From NCBI GenBank assembly GCA_038249055.1, contig JBBRWS010000001.1, forward strand, positions 78,244 to 142,243: a DNA stretch of 64,000 bases. Direction: 5' to 3'. The stretch's first letter is position 1. Each line of letters begins with the position of its first letter. The notes beneath the pieces are model-generated. The model worked only from the letters and a program-made list of their open reading frames with translations, made no database searches and was not told the origin of the DNA. This document shows positions 20,092 to 29,305 of the stretch, one piece after another. Source of the DNA: Minisyncoccia bacterium (GTDB lineage: Bacteria > Patescibacteriota > Minisyncoccia > Phycocordibacterales > UBA9973). Position numbers and translations under genes: made by a program.

Positions 20092-20997
20092 TTAACTTAT
20101 AGAATTTAAAGCACTAGGAATTATGTTTTTTGCAAAATCAGCATATTTTGTTTGTAATTTTGTAAATTCTATTAATTCATCTACGTTTATTTTATATTTA
20201 GTTATGTCTTCATCACGAAGAACAATCGTCATTTTTTCACAATAACTCTTGCCTGAACATGAAGCTATGAATGACCTAACTATTTCTTTATAAACTTCCT
20301 CTCTTTGCATTTTGAGTCTACCATTACCAGTTCCAATAAGAGGGATAGATATATGTTCTTTTGCTCCATATGAAGATATATAAGACCATAAGCCACCTAG
20401 TGTTCTTGATAGTCCATCTTCATCTGCTTCAACTCTAGAAGCATTCAGTTTGTGCGAGTTAACGACAAAATAAAAAGCTTTTTTCTTATCATCGGTTTCG
20501 ACTCTCACAGTAGTTCCAAGTATGTATTTTCCATCATTTTTTTGATCAGAATAGATTTTGCTCCTAAGTTCTTTGGATATTTTTTGTTTAATAACGGAAT
20601 GTTTTCCGTCAAAGTATTTTTTAATAATCATAGATTTTACACTGTGAGCAACTTGAACACTTCCATTAAGGTTCATATCAAAATCAGAATTAACAGGTAC
20701 AATATAGGCAGATTTAACTTTTTCAATACTCCCTATATTTATTGCAAGTTCAATATCACGGTTATTTATTTTAAAAACGAAATTATTTTTTGGTCTATTT
20801 TTTGAGATACTATAAATAAAGGAAATGACTATAGCTATTATTAAACTAGATGTTTTTTTAAAAATAATTGCTGTTGACTCAAAAAATGGGAAAAATTCTA
20901 CTAATGCAATAATCACAGTAAAAAGACCTAAGACGCTTAATATGTCTTTAACCATAGACCAAATTCGTTTTAATTTAAACCATCTGCCACTTATCAT
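20092..20997 (-). CDS. thsA: ThsA-like effector: N-terminal TM helices plus macro domain
   Basis: two N-terminal hydrophobic helices. Macro-like motifs SAYIVPVNSDFDMNLNG (compare AIVNAANssLlgGGG) and ISIPLIGTGNGRL (compare IAFPaIStGvyGyP). 4-nt ATGA overlap with the TIR gene. Confidence 0.55.
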   Translation of the reverse strand: MISGRWFKLKRIWSMVKDILSVLGLFTVIIALVEFFPFFESTAIIFKKTSSLIIAIVISFIYSISKNRPKNNFVFKINNRDIELAINIGSIEKVKSAYIVPVNSDFDMNLNGSVQVAHSVKSMIIKKYFDGKHSVIKQKISKELRSKIYSDQKNDGKYILGTTVRVETDDKKKAFYFVVNSHKLNASRVEADEDGLSRTLGGLWSYISSYGAKEHISIPLIGTGNGRLKMQREEVYKEIVRSFIASCSGKSYCEKMTIVLRDEDITKYKINVDELIEFTKLQTKYADFAKNIIPSALNSIS

Positions 20998-21500
20998 AGA
21001 TTTAGATCTGTATAAACTGATTCCTTATAATGATATGGTTCAGATTTTCCTTCTCTCGTATATGATTCATGAGAGGATGGCCATTTTTCTATTGCTCGTT
21101 GTATTATAGCTCTATTAAATGACACATGGATAGCCAGTTTATTTTCTCTAAGTATTAATGGACACCTTGTTTCATCGATAGATCTTTTCCCATTTAGATT
21201 TACGGCTATTATAGGTAGACCTAATTTTAAGGCTTGTTCGATTTCCCATCTCACGTATGTATTTTGGAATTTTGTTTTTTCTCCGATAAGTAGAATAAAT
21301 ATTTTTGAATTTTTAATTCTTTCTCTCAAGGCTGTTTTTATTGAATCTTCACTGCTCCATGAACGAATTTCATTTAAATCATGTGCATTATTGAAATCAA
21401 AAACTGTATTATCATTTTGTTTCCATGCCTGCATTAATCGATAATAGTGAATATCACTATCTGCGTCGAATGCTGTATATATTTTACTTCTATATGCCAT
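20994..21500 (-). CDS. thsB: TIR-like (DUF1863 / ThsB-like) domain protein
   Basis: KIYTAFDADSDIHYY...IFILLIGEKTKFQNTYVRWEIEQALKLGLPIIAVNLN matches the ThsB layout, including the conserved Glu in VRWEI. Confidence 0.65.
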   Translation of the reverse strand: MAYRSKIYTAFDADSDIHYYRLMQAWKQNDNTVFDFNNAHDLNEIRSWSSEDSIKTALRERIKNSKIFILLIGEKTKFQNTYVRWEIEQALKLGLPIIAVNLNGKRSIDETRCPLILRENKLAIHVSFNRAIIQRAIEKWPSSHESYTREGKSEPYHYKESVYTDLNL

Positions 21501-21784
21501 ATATTAATGTTATTTTTATAATGTGTCCTCAAGATGTTTTTGGGCATACATATTATATACCCCCATGTAAATATTTGACAACAGTTTTGTAATAAAATCA
21601 ACACTATGTAAAAATATAATGATTACGTCAACACTTTTCAAAAATCATCGATGTTTTTATGATAAAATTCATATTTTAAAGGATATTTTGGAACTAAAAA
21701 TATGATTAGCTAGAATTCTAAAAATACCTTTAAAATTGCAATTTTTAGGGTATAAATCAACTAAATGTTTGGTATACTTGTGGT

Positions 21785-22195
21785 ATGGAATACCAAGTAC
21801 AAATTGATGAACCAAAAACAGGACCTAATAAGGGAGATATTATTTTAGAAATAACTGACGTTATGTTACATTCTACTCTTAAGGAAACTAAGTCAGTTGG
21901 TAAGACAATTGATAGGTCTATTGAACAAAATCAACCAGGAAGAATTTATTCTAAAATTGAAACTAAAAACCTAAGTAATGAAAATACTGATAATAATAAA
22001 ATTCAATTTTTAAATATGGTTAAACAAGATCCTAATATGATAGCGATGTTACAGAAATATAAGCAACAGGGTAAACGAGTATTTTTTCATTTTCCTAAAG
22101 AAGGAGTTCCTGTATTTGCAGGGAAAGATACAAAAGAATTTATGAAAAGTAAAAATGGCAAGAGAATTATCAGAGGTGTTGCAAAAAATAAATAA
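21785..22195 (+). CDS. hypothetical protein
   Basis: 136-aa ORF. Confidence 0.4.
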   Translation: MEYQVQIDEPKTGPNKGDIILEITDVMLHSTLKETKSVGKTIDRSIEQNQPGRIYSKIETKNLSNENTDNNKIQFLNMVKQDPNMIAMLQKYKQQGKRVFFHFPKEGVPVFAGKDTKEFMKSKNGKRIIRGVAKNK

Positions 22196-22374
22196 CAGGA
22201 TTACAATGTATTTGTTAGTTTCTGCGTAGTAAAAAGTAGAATAGTGTATCGCCACCAAAGCATGCCTATTCCGCGCAAGAAATAAATTGAGTTTAGTCAA
22301 ACTTCTTTTATTTCGTGTACGGAATAGGCTTTTTCTATATCTATACATTTTATTAAATTTATTAATAAAATAAT

Positions 22375-23658
22375 ATGAGTAAACTCATATGGACTACGGT
22401 CCAAAGAAAGGTTAATGATCTTATCCCTCAAAAGATCAATCCTCGTAAAATATCTGACAAGCAAATGTCAGATATCAAGAAAAGTTTGCAGAAGTATAAT
22501 TTAGTTGAGATTCCTGCTATTGATAAAACAGGAGTTATTTTGGCAGGACACCAAAGGATTAGGGCTTTACAGTTATTAGATCGTGGAGAAGAAATAATTG
22601 ATGTAAGAATTCCAAATAGAAAGCTTACAGAAATAGAATCGAAGCAATATCTAATTGCTTCAAATAAATTAGGTGGTGACTGGGATTATGATCTCCTTAA
22701 ATCTTTTAACATGGAGCTTCTTCAGCTCGCAGGGTTTGAAGATATGGAAATTGCTAAATTCTGGGATGATGATACAGAAGTTAAAAATGATTCTTTCGAT
22801 GTTGAAAAAGAATTAAAGAAAATAAAGGAACCTAAAACAAAATTAGGAGATATTATTATTCTCGGGAAACACAAAATTCTTTGTGGTGATTCAACTAAAC
22901 CAGAAAACTTAAAAAGATTACTAGGAGATGAGAAGGTGTCTATGATTTATAGTGACCCCGTCTACAATCTTGATATAGATTATGATGGTGGAATTGGTGG
23001 AAATAAAGAATACGGAGGTAGTGTAAAAGATTCCAGAACTTTTGAAGAATATAAAACATTTATTCGAGAAAGTTTAGAATCAGCACTTGCTGTATCTAAT
23101 CCGAATACTCACGTTTTCTATTATTGTGATCAAGTCTACATCGGATTAATTCAGGATATATACAGATCGCTTGGTGTATCTAATAAACGAGTGTGCTTGT
23201 GGCTGAAGAATTCACAGAACCCTGTACCTAAAATATTCTGTAATAAAGCATATGAACCTGCTGTCTATGGTATTCGTGGACGACCATACCTTGCAGAATC
23301 AGTAACAAATCTTAATGAAGTATTAAATAAAGAATTTGGAACAGGAAATGAACTTGTAGCACAAGTTGATGATTTTCTTGAGATTTGGACTGCTAAAAGA
23401 CTTTCCGCTAAAGACTATGAACATGCAACTTCCAAACCTATAACTCTCCATGAAAAAGCTATTAAACGTTGCACAAAACCGAATGACATAATTTTAGATA
23501 GTTTCTTGGGTTCAGGTAGCACTCTTCTTGCAGGAGAACAATTGGGTCGAAGAGTATATGGCTTAGAGCTTGAGCCAAAATTTTGTGACTTGATAATAAG
23601 ACGTTACGAATTATTTACTGGTAAAAAAGCTCAGATAGAATCCTATGAAGAAAAATAA
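22375..23658 (+). CDS. ParB-like nuclease domain fused to an N6-adenine/N4-cytosine DNA methyltransferase (beta class)
   Basis: ParB N-terminal domain (HQRIRALQLL). Motif IV SDPVY sits before the FxGxG motif I (ILDSFLGSGSTLLAG), which is the beta-class order. Confidence 0.75.
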   Translation: MSKLIWTTVQRKVNDLIPQKINPRKISDKQMSDIKKSLQKYNLVEIPAIDKTGVILAGHQRIRALQLLDRGEEIIDVRIPNRKLTEIESKQYLIASNKLGGDWDYDLLKSFNMELLQLAGFEDMEIAKFWDDDTEVKNDSFDVEKELKKIKEPKTKLGDIIILGKHKILCGDSTKPENLKRLLGDEKVSMIYSDPVYNLDIDYDGGIGGNKEYGGSVKDSRTFEEYKTFIRESLESALAVSNPNTHVFYYCDQVYIGLIQDIYRSLGVSNKRVCLWLKNSQNPVPKIFCNKAYEPAVYGIRGRPYLAESVTNLNEVLNKEFGTGNELVAQVDDFLEIWTAKRLSAKDYEHATSKPITLHEKAIKRCTKPNDIILDSFLGSGSTLLAGEQLGRRVYGLELEPKFCDLIIRRYELFTGKKAQIESYEEK

Positions 23659-24061
23659 ATCACAAGATCAATTCTTTGAAGAGTTGAGGAAAGTTCCCAT
23701 TGTCCAAGTCGCTTGTGAAAAAACAGGGCTATCTCGCAATAGTGTCTATCGTTGGAAAAAAGAAGATAGTGAATTCTCAAAAAAGATGGACCTGGCGATG
23801 GCTGACGGCGTTGCGTTCGTGAACGACATGAGCGAATCACAATTGCTTACTATGATCAAAGAAAAGAATTGGTCAGCAATTTCTTTTTGGTTGAAACATA
23901 GAAATGATAATTACAAGAGTAAGATAGAAATTACTACAAAAGAAGATTTTGAAGAGCTTACTCCTGAACAAGAAAAAATTGTTAGAGAAGCACTTAAACT
24001 AGGAGCAACTATTACCAATAATCAAAATGAAGATTATGGAAAAGATAAAAATAACTCCTGA
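23645..24061 (+). CDS. phage terminase small subunit-like HTH protein
   Basis: HTH segment VACEKTGLSRNSVYRWKKE; directly upstream of and overlapping the large terminase. Confidence 0.45.
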   Translation: MKKNKSQDQFFEELRKVPIVQVACEKTGLSRNSVYRWKKEDSEFSKKMDLAMADGVAFVNDMSESQLLTMIKEKNWSAISFWLKHRNDNYKSKIEITTKEDFEELTPEQEKIVREALKLGATITNNQNEDYGKDKNNS

Positions 24062-25499
24062 GTTGATGGAGATAATGATTAAGGATCGTAAAGTAAGAAC
24101 TGAAATCACCAAGAAAAGTCATTGGTTTTTCTTTCATTTCTATTTTTCTCACTACGTAAAATACGAGACTGCTCCATACCAAAATGAAATATTTAATCTT
24201 ACTCAAAATGAGGACTTGGGCAACTTATATATTGTTGCCTTTAGAGGAAGTAGTAAATCGACAATTCTAAATACATCTTATTCAATCTGGTCAATTCTAG
24301 GAGAACAACAGAAAAAATTTGTTTTAATTTTAAGTAAAACACAAACTCAAGCAAAGCAACACATGATGAACCTAAGAAGTGAATTAGAAAGTAATAATCT
24401 TCTAAAAAATGACTTAGGTCCGTTTAAAGAATTTTCAGAGGAATGGGGTTCTTTCTCTTTGGTCTTTTCAAAATTGAATGCCAGAATTACTGTTGCTTCT
24501 TCTGAGCAAAGTATTAGAGGATTAAGACATAATCAGAATAGGCCTGATCTCGTTATAGGAGATGACGTGGAAGATGTAGATTCAGTAAAAACCAGAGAAG
24601 GAAGAAATAAAACTTACGAGTGGTGGACTAGTGAAGTAATTCCAATTGGACAAAAGAATACTAGATTTGTACTTATTGGAAATCTTTTACATGAAGATTC
24701 TTTGTTAATGAGAATAAAAGAAAATGTTGATAAAAAAGAAATTGATGGAATATTTAAGGAATATCCATTAATTAGAAATGAAAATATACTATGGCCAGGT
24801 AAATATCCTTCAATGGAAGAAGTTGAAAATGAAAGAAGAAAAGCAGGTAATGAATATTCTTGGCAAAGAGAATATTTATTACATATAGTTCCAAATGAAG
24901 AACAAGCTATTTATCGTGAATGGATAATGTACTACAACGAAATACCAAAGGGTTTGAAAGACTGGCAAGGATATTCAATGAATGAGGAAATTAGAATAGG
25001 TATAGATTTAGCAATCTCTCAAAAAGAAACCGCTGATTATACTGCCATGGTTCCTGCATTAGTTATGGGAGAAGGTAAAGAAACTAAAATATATATCTTA
25101 CCTAAAATTATTAATAGAAGAATGACTTTCCCTGAGACTGTCGATTTATGTAAAGTGATTCATACTTCTTATTGTGAAAAAGATTGGAAAACCCCAACTT
25201 TAGTAATTGAAGATGTCGCTTATCAAAGAGCATTACCTCAACAATTAGAAAATGAAGGTATCACTAATGTAAAAACAATTAGACCTGGTAATCACGATAA
25301 AAGAAGTAGACTTGTTATGACTGCTCCAATGATAAAGTCTGGAAAAATTCTTTTCCCTCTAACAGGAGCAGAGGAATTAATTTCTCAGATTGTTCATTTT
25401 GGTGTAGAAAAACATGATGACTTAGCTGATGCCTTTTCAAATGTTGTATTAAATGTTCTTGAGGATCCTCCTTATGTGCCCAGATTCTTTTTTGTTTAG
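24027..25499 (+). CDS. phage terminase large subunit
   Basis: Walker A-like AFRGSSKST, Walker B-like LVIGDDVEDVD, C-terminal nuclease-like region. Confidence 0.7.
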   Translation: MKIMEKIKITPELMEIMIKDRKVRTEITKKSHWFFFHFYFSHYVKYETAPYQNEIFNLTQNEDLGNLYIVAFRGSSKSTILNTSYSIWSILGEQQKKFVLILSKTQTQAKQHMMNLRSELESNNLLKNDLGPFKEFSEEWGSFSLVFSKLNARITVASSEQSIRGLRHNQNRPDLVIGDDVEDVDSVKTREGRNKTYEWWTSEVIPIGQKNTRFVLIGNLLHEDSLLMRIKENVDKKEIDGIFKEYPLIRNENILWPGKYPSMEEVENERRKAGNEYSWQREYLLHIVPNEEQAIYREWIMYYNEIPKGLKDWQGYSMNEEIRIGIDLAISQKETADYTAMVPALVMGEGKETKIYILPKIINRRMTFPETVDLCKVIHTSYCEKDWKTPTLVIEDVAYQRALPQQLENEGITNVKTIRPGNHDKRSRLVMTAPMIKSGKILFPLTGAEELISQIVHFGVEKHDDLADAFSNVVLNVLEDPPYVPRFFFV

Positions 25500-25577
25500 A
25501 GGAAGCATACGACCACACTACGTATCTTTAGTTTTGCATAGGCTTAGCAAAAGACTAAATCTCTGACATCATTAGGT

Positions 25578-26900
25578 ATGGAAACAACCAATATAGGGCT
25601 AATATATAACCCAATAATAGCAACCGAAACAAGGATTAAATATGTGCTGTATGCACGAAAATCGACTGAATCTGATGAGCAACAAGCTTTATCAATAGAT
25701 TCTCAAGTTAAGGAAATGACAGCCATAGCAGAGCGTTTAAAGCTCAATGTAGTAGCCATAAAAAGAGAATCACACTCAGCTAAAGCCTCAGGTCAAAGAC
25801 CTGTATTTAAAGAACTATTAGAGGAGATTAATAAAGGTATCTATAACGGAATACTAACCTGGGCACCTGATAGACTTTCAAGAAATGCAGGAGATCTAGG
25901 TACTGTTGTTGACCTTATGGATGAAAAGAAATTAATTCATATCCAAACCTTTGGACAAACTTTTTCTAATTCACCAAATGAAAAATTTCTCCTAATGATT
26001 TTATGTTCTCAAGCAAAACTTGAGAATGATAATAAAAGTATAAATGTAAAACGTGGACTAAGAGCGAGGGTAGAGATGGGTTTGTGGCCGTGCCGTCCAC
26101 CAACTGGTTATACAAAGTTTAAAAGAATGGATCAGAAATGTGAATCAATTATTGATCCAGTTCGTGCACCTGTAATAAAACAAATATTTGAAAAAGTTGG
26201 TTATCAAAATTGGAGTGGTAGAAAAGTATTTCATTGGCTAAAGCATGATCTTGATTTTAAAACAGAAACTAATATGCATTTAAGTTTGGGTAATTTATAT
26301 GTTCTACTTTCAAATACTTTCTATTATGGAAAGTTTGAGTTTCCAAAAGGATCAGGTAATTGGTACAACGGAGCACACGAACCGATCATCTCAAAAGAAT
26401 TATATGATTTAGTTCAAGGACAAATTAAAAGCCAAACCATGGAACCAAGATCTAAACAAAAAGAATTCGCATTCACTAGAATTATGACTTGTGGTTTGTG
26501 TGGTTCAGGAATTACAGCTGATGAGAAATTTAAACATCATAAGGATGGAACATCTAGTCGCTATGTTTACTACAAGTGTACTAGGACGAAAGATTCAAAG
26601 TGTAAAAGTGGTTACATAAACGAAGATGACTTAATCAATCAGTTACAGAATCTTATTGATGACCTTGAAATACAGACGGTCCCGATGAGAGAAAAGATTA
26701 CAAGTGAGGTAAAAAGATTTAAGATTTTTGAAAGTATGTTATTAGGAAGAAAAAGCCCTGTGGTTATTAAAGATATAGATATACGTAATTATGCCAAGTT
26801 TATACTCCAAGAGGGGTCTATGGAGGAAAAGAGGGAGTTCTTAGGATGTCTGAAAAGTGAGATATTATTAAGTAATAAGAAAATTGAACTAAAGGTTTAG
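25578..26900 (+). CDS. large serine recombinase (resolvase/invertase N-terminal domain + recombinase domain + zinc ribbon)
   Basis: YVLYARKSTESDEQQALSIDSQ catalytic-serine region; CGLCGSG...YYKC zinc ribbon. Confidence 0.85.
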   Translation: METTNIGLIYNPIIATETRIKYVLYARKSTESDEQQALSIDSQVKEMTAIAERLKLNVVAIKRESHSAKASGQRPVFKELLEEINKGIYNGILTWAPDRLSRNAGDLGTVVDLMDEKKLIHIQTFGQTFSNSPNEKFLLMILCSQAKLENDNKSINVKRGLRARVEMGLWPCRPPTGYTKFKRMDQKCESIIDPVRAPVIKQIFEKVGYQNWSGRKVFHWLKHDLDFKTETNMHLSLGNLYVLLSNTFYYGKFEFPKGSGNWYNGAHEPIISKELYDLVQGQIKSQTMEPRSKQKEFAFTRIMTCGLCGSGITADEKFKHHKDGTSSRYVYYKCTRTKDSKCKSGYINEDDLINQLQNLIDDLEIQTVPMREKITSEVKRFKIFESMLLGRKSPVVIKDIDIRNYAKFILQEGSMEEKREFLGCLKSEILLSNKKIELKV

Positions 26901-26908
26901 TTTGACAT

Positions 26909-26929
26909 GTATACCCCAAGGGGGTATAC
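26909..26929. other. perfect palindrome GTATACCCC-AAG-GGGGTATAC immediately 3' of the recombinase gene (candidate recombination site or terminator)
   Basis: 9-bp arms, 3-nt spacer, 9 bp after the recombinase stop codon. Confidence 0.4.
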
Positions 26930-26989
26930 TATAAAAAGTATAAATTTAGTTGCATTTAAAAAACAAATGATGATATAATAATTACCTAT

Positions 26990-27433
26990 ATGAATTTAAT
27001 GACAAAAAACAATAAATTTGGACAAGTACTGATTATAATATCAGCTGTACTTTTCTTGTGGATTAGTTCTTTTGGACTACTCTATCATATGAACGAAATG
27101 AGACTTGAATCAACTAAAAATAGTTGTTTGTTTAGTGGTTCAGAAGAAGCGTGTGCTATGACTTTCTCCGAACATCTTACTCTTTGGCAAGGAATGACAA
27201 CAAGTTTACCTCAGGATATTTTAGGTGTAATGAGTATTCTATTATTGATGGTTGCGTTGGCTTTAGTGTTTACTTTTTACAGAAATTATCTTTTCGAATT
27301 TACTAGGCGAATTTCTTCTCGGTATCGACTTTATATAAAACAACATCCGCAAATCAATCTTTTTAATTATCTAGGAGAAGTTTTTTCTCGCGGTATTCTT
27401 AATACAAAAAAATATAAATTAGCAACAATATAG
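26990..27433 (+). CDS. membrane protein
   Basis: hydrophobic helices, 147 aa. Confidence 0.4.
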   Translation: MNLMTKNNKFGQVLIIISAVLFLWISSFGLLYHMNEMRLESTKNSCLFSGSEEACAMTFSEHLTLWQGMTTSLPQDILGVMSILLLMVALALVFTFYRNYLFEFTRRISSRYRLYIKQHPQINLFNYLGEVFSRGILNTKKYKLATI

Positions 27434-27529
27434 TTTTGCATTTTACCAAGTTTAGTTTGGTCGCTTTTGGTAAATAATAATGCAAGGCTTTTTTTGTTGT
27501 TTATTTATCAAATAAATCTTACTAACGTA

Positions 27530-28021
27530 ATGAAAAAAACTATAATTATCACCCTCCTTATTGTGGCAGGCCTTATAGGTCTAATATGGTTGGGTAGTAA
27601 AAATCAAAAACCACCAGTGGAAGACTCTGGTATAAAAAGTGCTCTCACTTCTTCAGAATATGTGTATGATTTTGGTTCTATCTCAATGAAAGATGGTGAT
27701 GTAACTAAAGAATTTACAGTAACTAATGGAACTGATAAAGACATTGTTTTTCCAACTCTTGTGACTTCATGTATGTGTACAAAAGCTTACTTTGTATCAC
27801 CTGATGGCGAAACAAAAGGACCTTTCGGTATGCCTGGTATGGGATATGTACCTCCTCTAGACGAAACAATCAAAGCTGGAGAAAGTCGCATAATTAGAGC
27901 TGTATATGATCCTAATGCTCATGGTCCAGCAGGAGTTGGTGTCATAGATAGATTCATAACTCTTACTGACACAACTGGAAGTAGTCTCAAATTAGAAATT
28001 AAAGCGGTGGTAACGCCATAA
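27530..28021 (+). CDS. DUF1573-like secreted/membrane-anchored protein
   Basis: YDFGSISMKDGDVTKEFTVTNGTDKDIVFP...SCMCT pattern. Start moved to MKKTIIITLL. Confidence 0.5.
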   Translation: MKKTIIITLLIVAGLIGLIWLGSKNQKPPVEDSGIKSALTSSEYVYDFGSISMKDGDVTKEFTVTNGTDKDIVFPTLVTSCMCTKAYFVSPDGETKGPFGMPGMGYVPPLDETIKAGESRIIRAVYDPNAHGPAGVGVIDRFITLTDTTGSSLKLEIKAVVTP

Positions 28022-28026
28022 TAATT

Positions 28027-28806
28027 ATGAAAAAAACAATAACAATTTTAATTGTCATAGTTGTTGCTATCCTGGGAATTATATTCTTGAAATATAATTC
28101 TGGTACATCTTCATTCATTTGGAACTTAAGTAATAGTGGTGCATGGCTTCTACCCCTTGTTCTCGTATCGGCACTTCTTGATAGTGTTCATCCTTGTTCA
28201 TTCTCAATTCTTCTGATTACAATTGCTTTCTTATTTGGGATGCAATTAACTAGAAAGAAAATTCTACAAATAGGCGGAACATATATTGCAGGAATATTCA
28301 CAGCTTACTTCTTGATTGGTCTTGGAATACTAAAAGTCTTACATATCTTCAACACTCCACATTTTATGGGAAAGCTTGGAGCTTCACTTTTGATTGTCTT
28401 CGGATTAATTAATCTTTTAAGTTGGTTATTCCCAAAGTTCCCAATCAAACTAAAAATTCCATCAGTATCTCATACAGCTATGGGAAGACTAATGGAAAAA
28501 GCATCTTTTCCCGCAGCGTTCGGGCTTGGTTTACTTGTCGGTATCTGTCAGTTTCCTTGTATGGGTGGACCATACTTAATGGTCATCGGACTATTGAAAG
28601 ATCAAGTGACATATCTTGCTGGTTCAGGTTACTTACTCCTTTATAACTTAATTCTTATCGTTCCTCTTGTTGCAGTTCTATGGATATCTGCTGATAAATT
28701 AGTTGTAAATAAAATACAGGACTGGAAAAGAACAAATTTGAAAGGCTTAAAATTCTGGGCAGGTCTTGCCATGATTATTATTGGAATCTTAATCTTATTT
28801 ATGTAA
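28027..28806 (+). CDS. CcdA/DsbD-like thiol-disulfide transporter membrane protein
   Basis: polytopic; Cys in TM segments (HPCSFSIL and CQFPCMGGPYL). Confidence 0.5.
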   Translation: MKKTITILIVIVVAILGIIFLKYNSGTSSFIWNLSNSGAWLLPLVLVSALLDSVHPCSFSILLITIAFLFGMQLTRKKILQIGGTYIAGIFTAYFLIGLGILKVLHIFNTPHFMGKLGASLLIVFGLINLLSWLFPKFPIKLKIPSVSHTAMGRLMEKASFPAAFGLGLLVGICQFPCMGGPYLMVIGLLKDQVTYLAGSGYLLLYNLILIVPLVAVLWISADKLVVNKIQDWKRTNLKGLKFWAGLAMIIIGILILFM

Positions 28807-28809
28807 TTT

Positions 28810-29298
28810 ATGAACAAACTAACAATTGATGAATTCTTAATTAAAATAGAAAGTTTAAAAGAAAAAGCTGGTGTTGACCTATCAACAACAGAAGACTTAA
28901 GTCTAGCTGTCATGAATTTAATTAGTCTAGAAGAACATTTCTTTTTTACTGGTGTGAAATTAAACAAAGATGAATATTTTGAAACTTCAAATGAGATTCG
29001 AAATCTTCGTAAAGAATTATTAAAAGAATTAATGCCAAATCACGAAGGAGAGACATGGTGTATATCAAAACACCTGCTTTCCTCCACGATGAGGCTAATA
29101 GAAGTCGGCAATAAGCTTTCATCTGATGATAAAAAAGATGAGGCAAAAATAATGTTTGAACGTGCATATAAAGTTTACTCGATATTTTGGGCTCTAAAGT
29201 TAAAATTAATAGATGGTCAATTAATTAAGGATACAGCAAAAACAAGTTCTAATCTCGAAGACTTGGTCGGCAAATTAGCTGATTGTTGTAATGAATAA
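28810..29298 (+). CDS. hypothetical protein
   Basis: 162-aa ORF. Confidence 0.4.
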   Translation: MNKLTIDEFLIKIESLKEKAGVDLSTTEDLSLAVMNLISLEEHFFFTGVKLNKDEYFETSNEIRNLRKELLKELMPNHEGETWCISKHLLSSTMRLIEVGNKLSSDDKKDEAKIMFERAYKVYSIFWALKLKLIDGQLIKDTAKTSSNLEDLVGKLADCCNE

Positions 29299-29305
29299 AT
29301 AATAT

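Noticed and set aside
20994-20997. Possibility that TGA is a sense codon (SR1/Gracilibacteria-type code), which could explain short genes such as the 266-aa pyruvate kinase
   Set aside because: TGA is clearly used as a stop: the thsB stop overlaps the thsA start (ATGA), and multi-kb ORFs are intact under the standard code. The pyruvate kinase shortening is due to in-frame absence of domains, not premature stops.
22049-22348. 99-aa minus-strand ORF after the 21785 gene
   Set aside because: Overlaps the 3' end of a + strand gene and a long inverted repeat/terminator-like region (GCCTATTCCG...CGGAATAGGC); composition non-coding.
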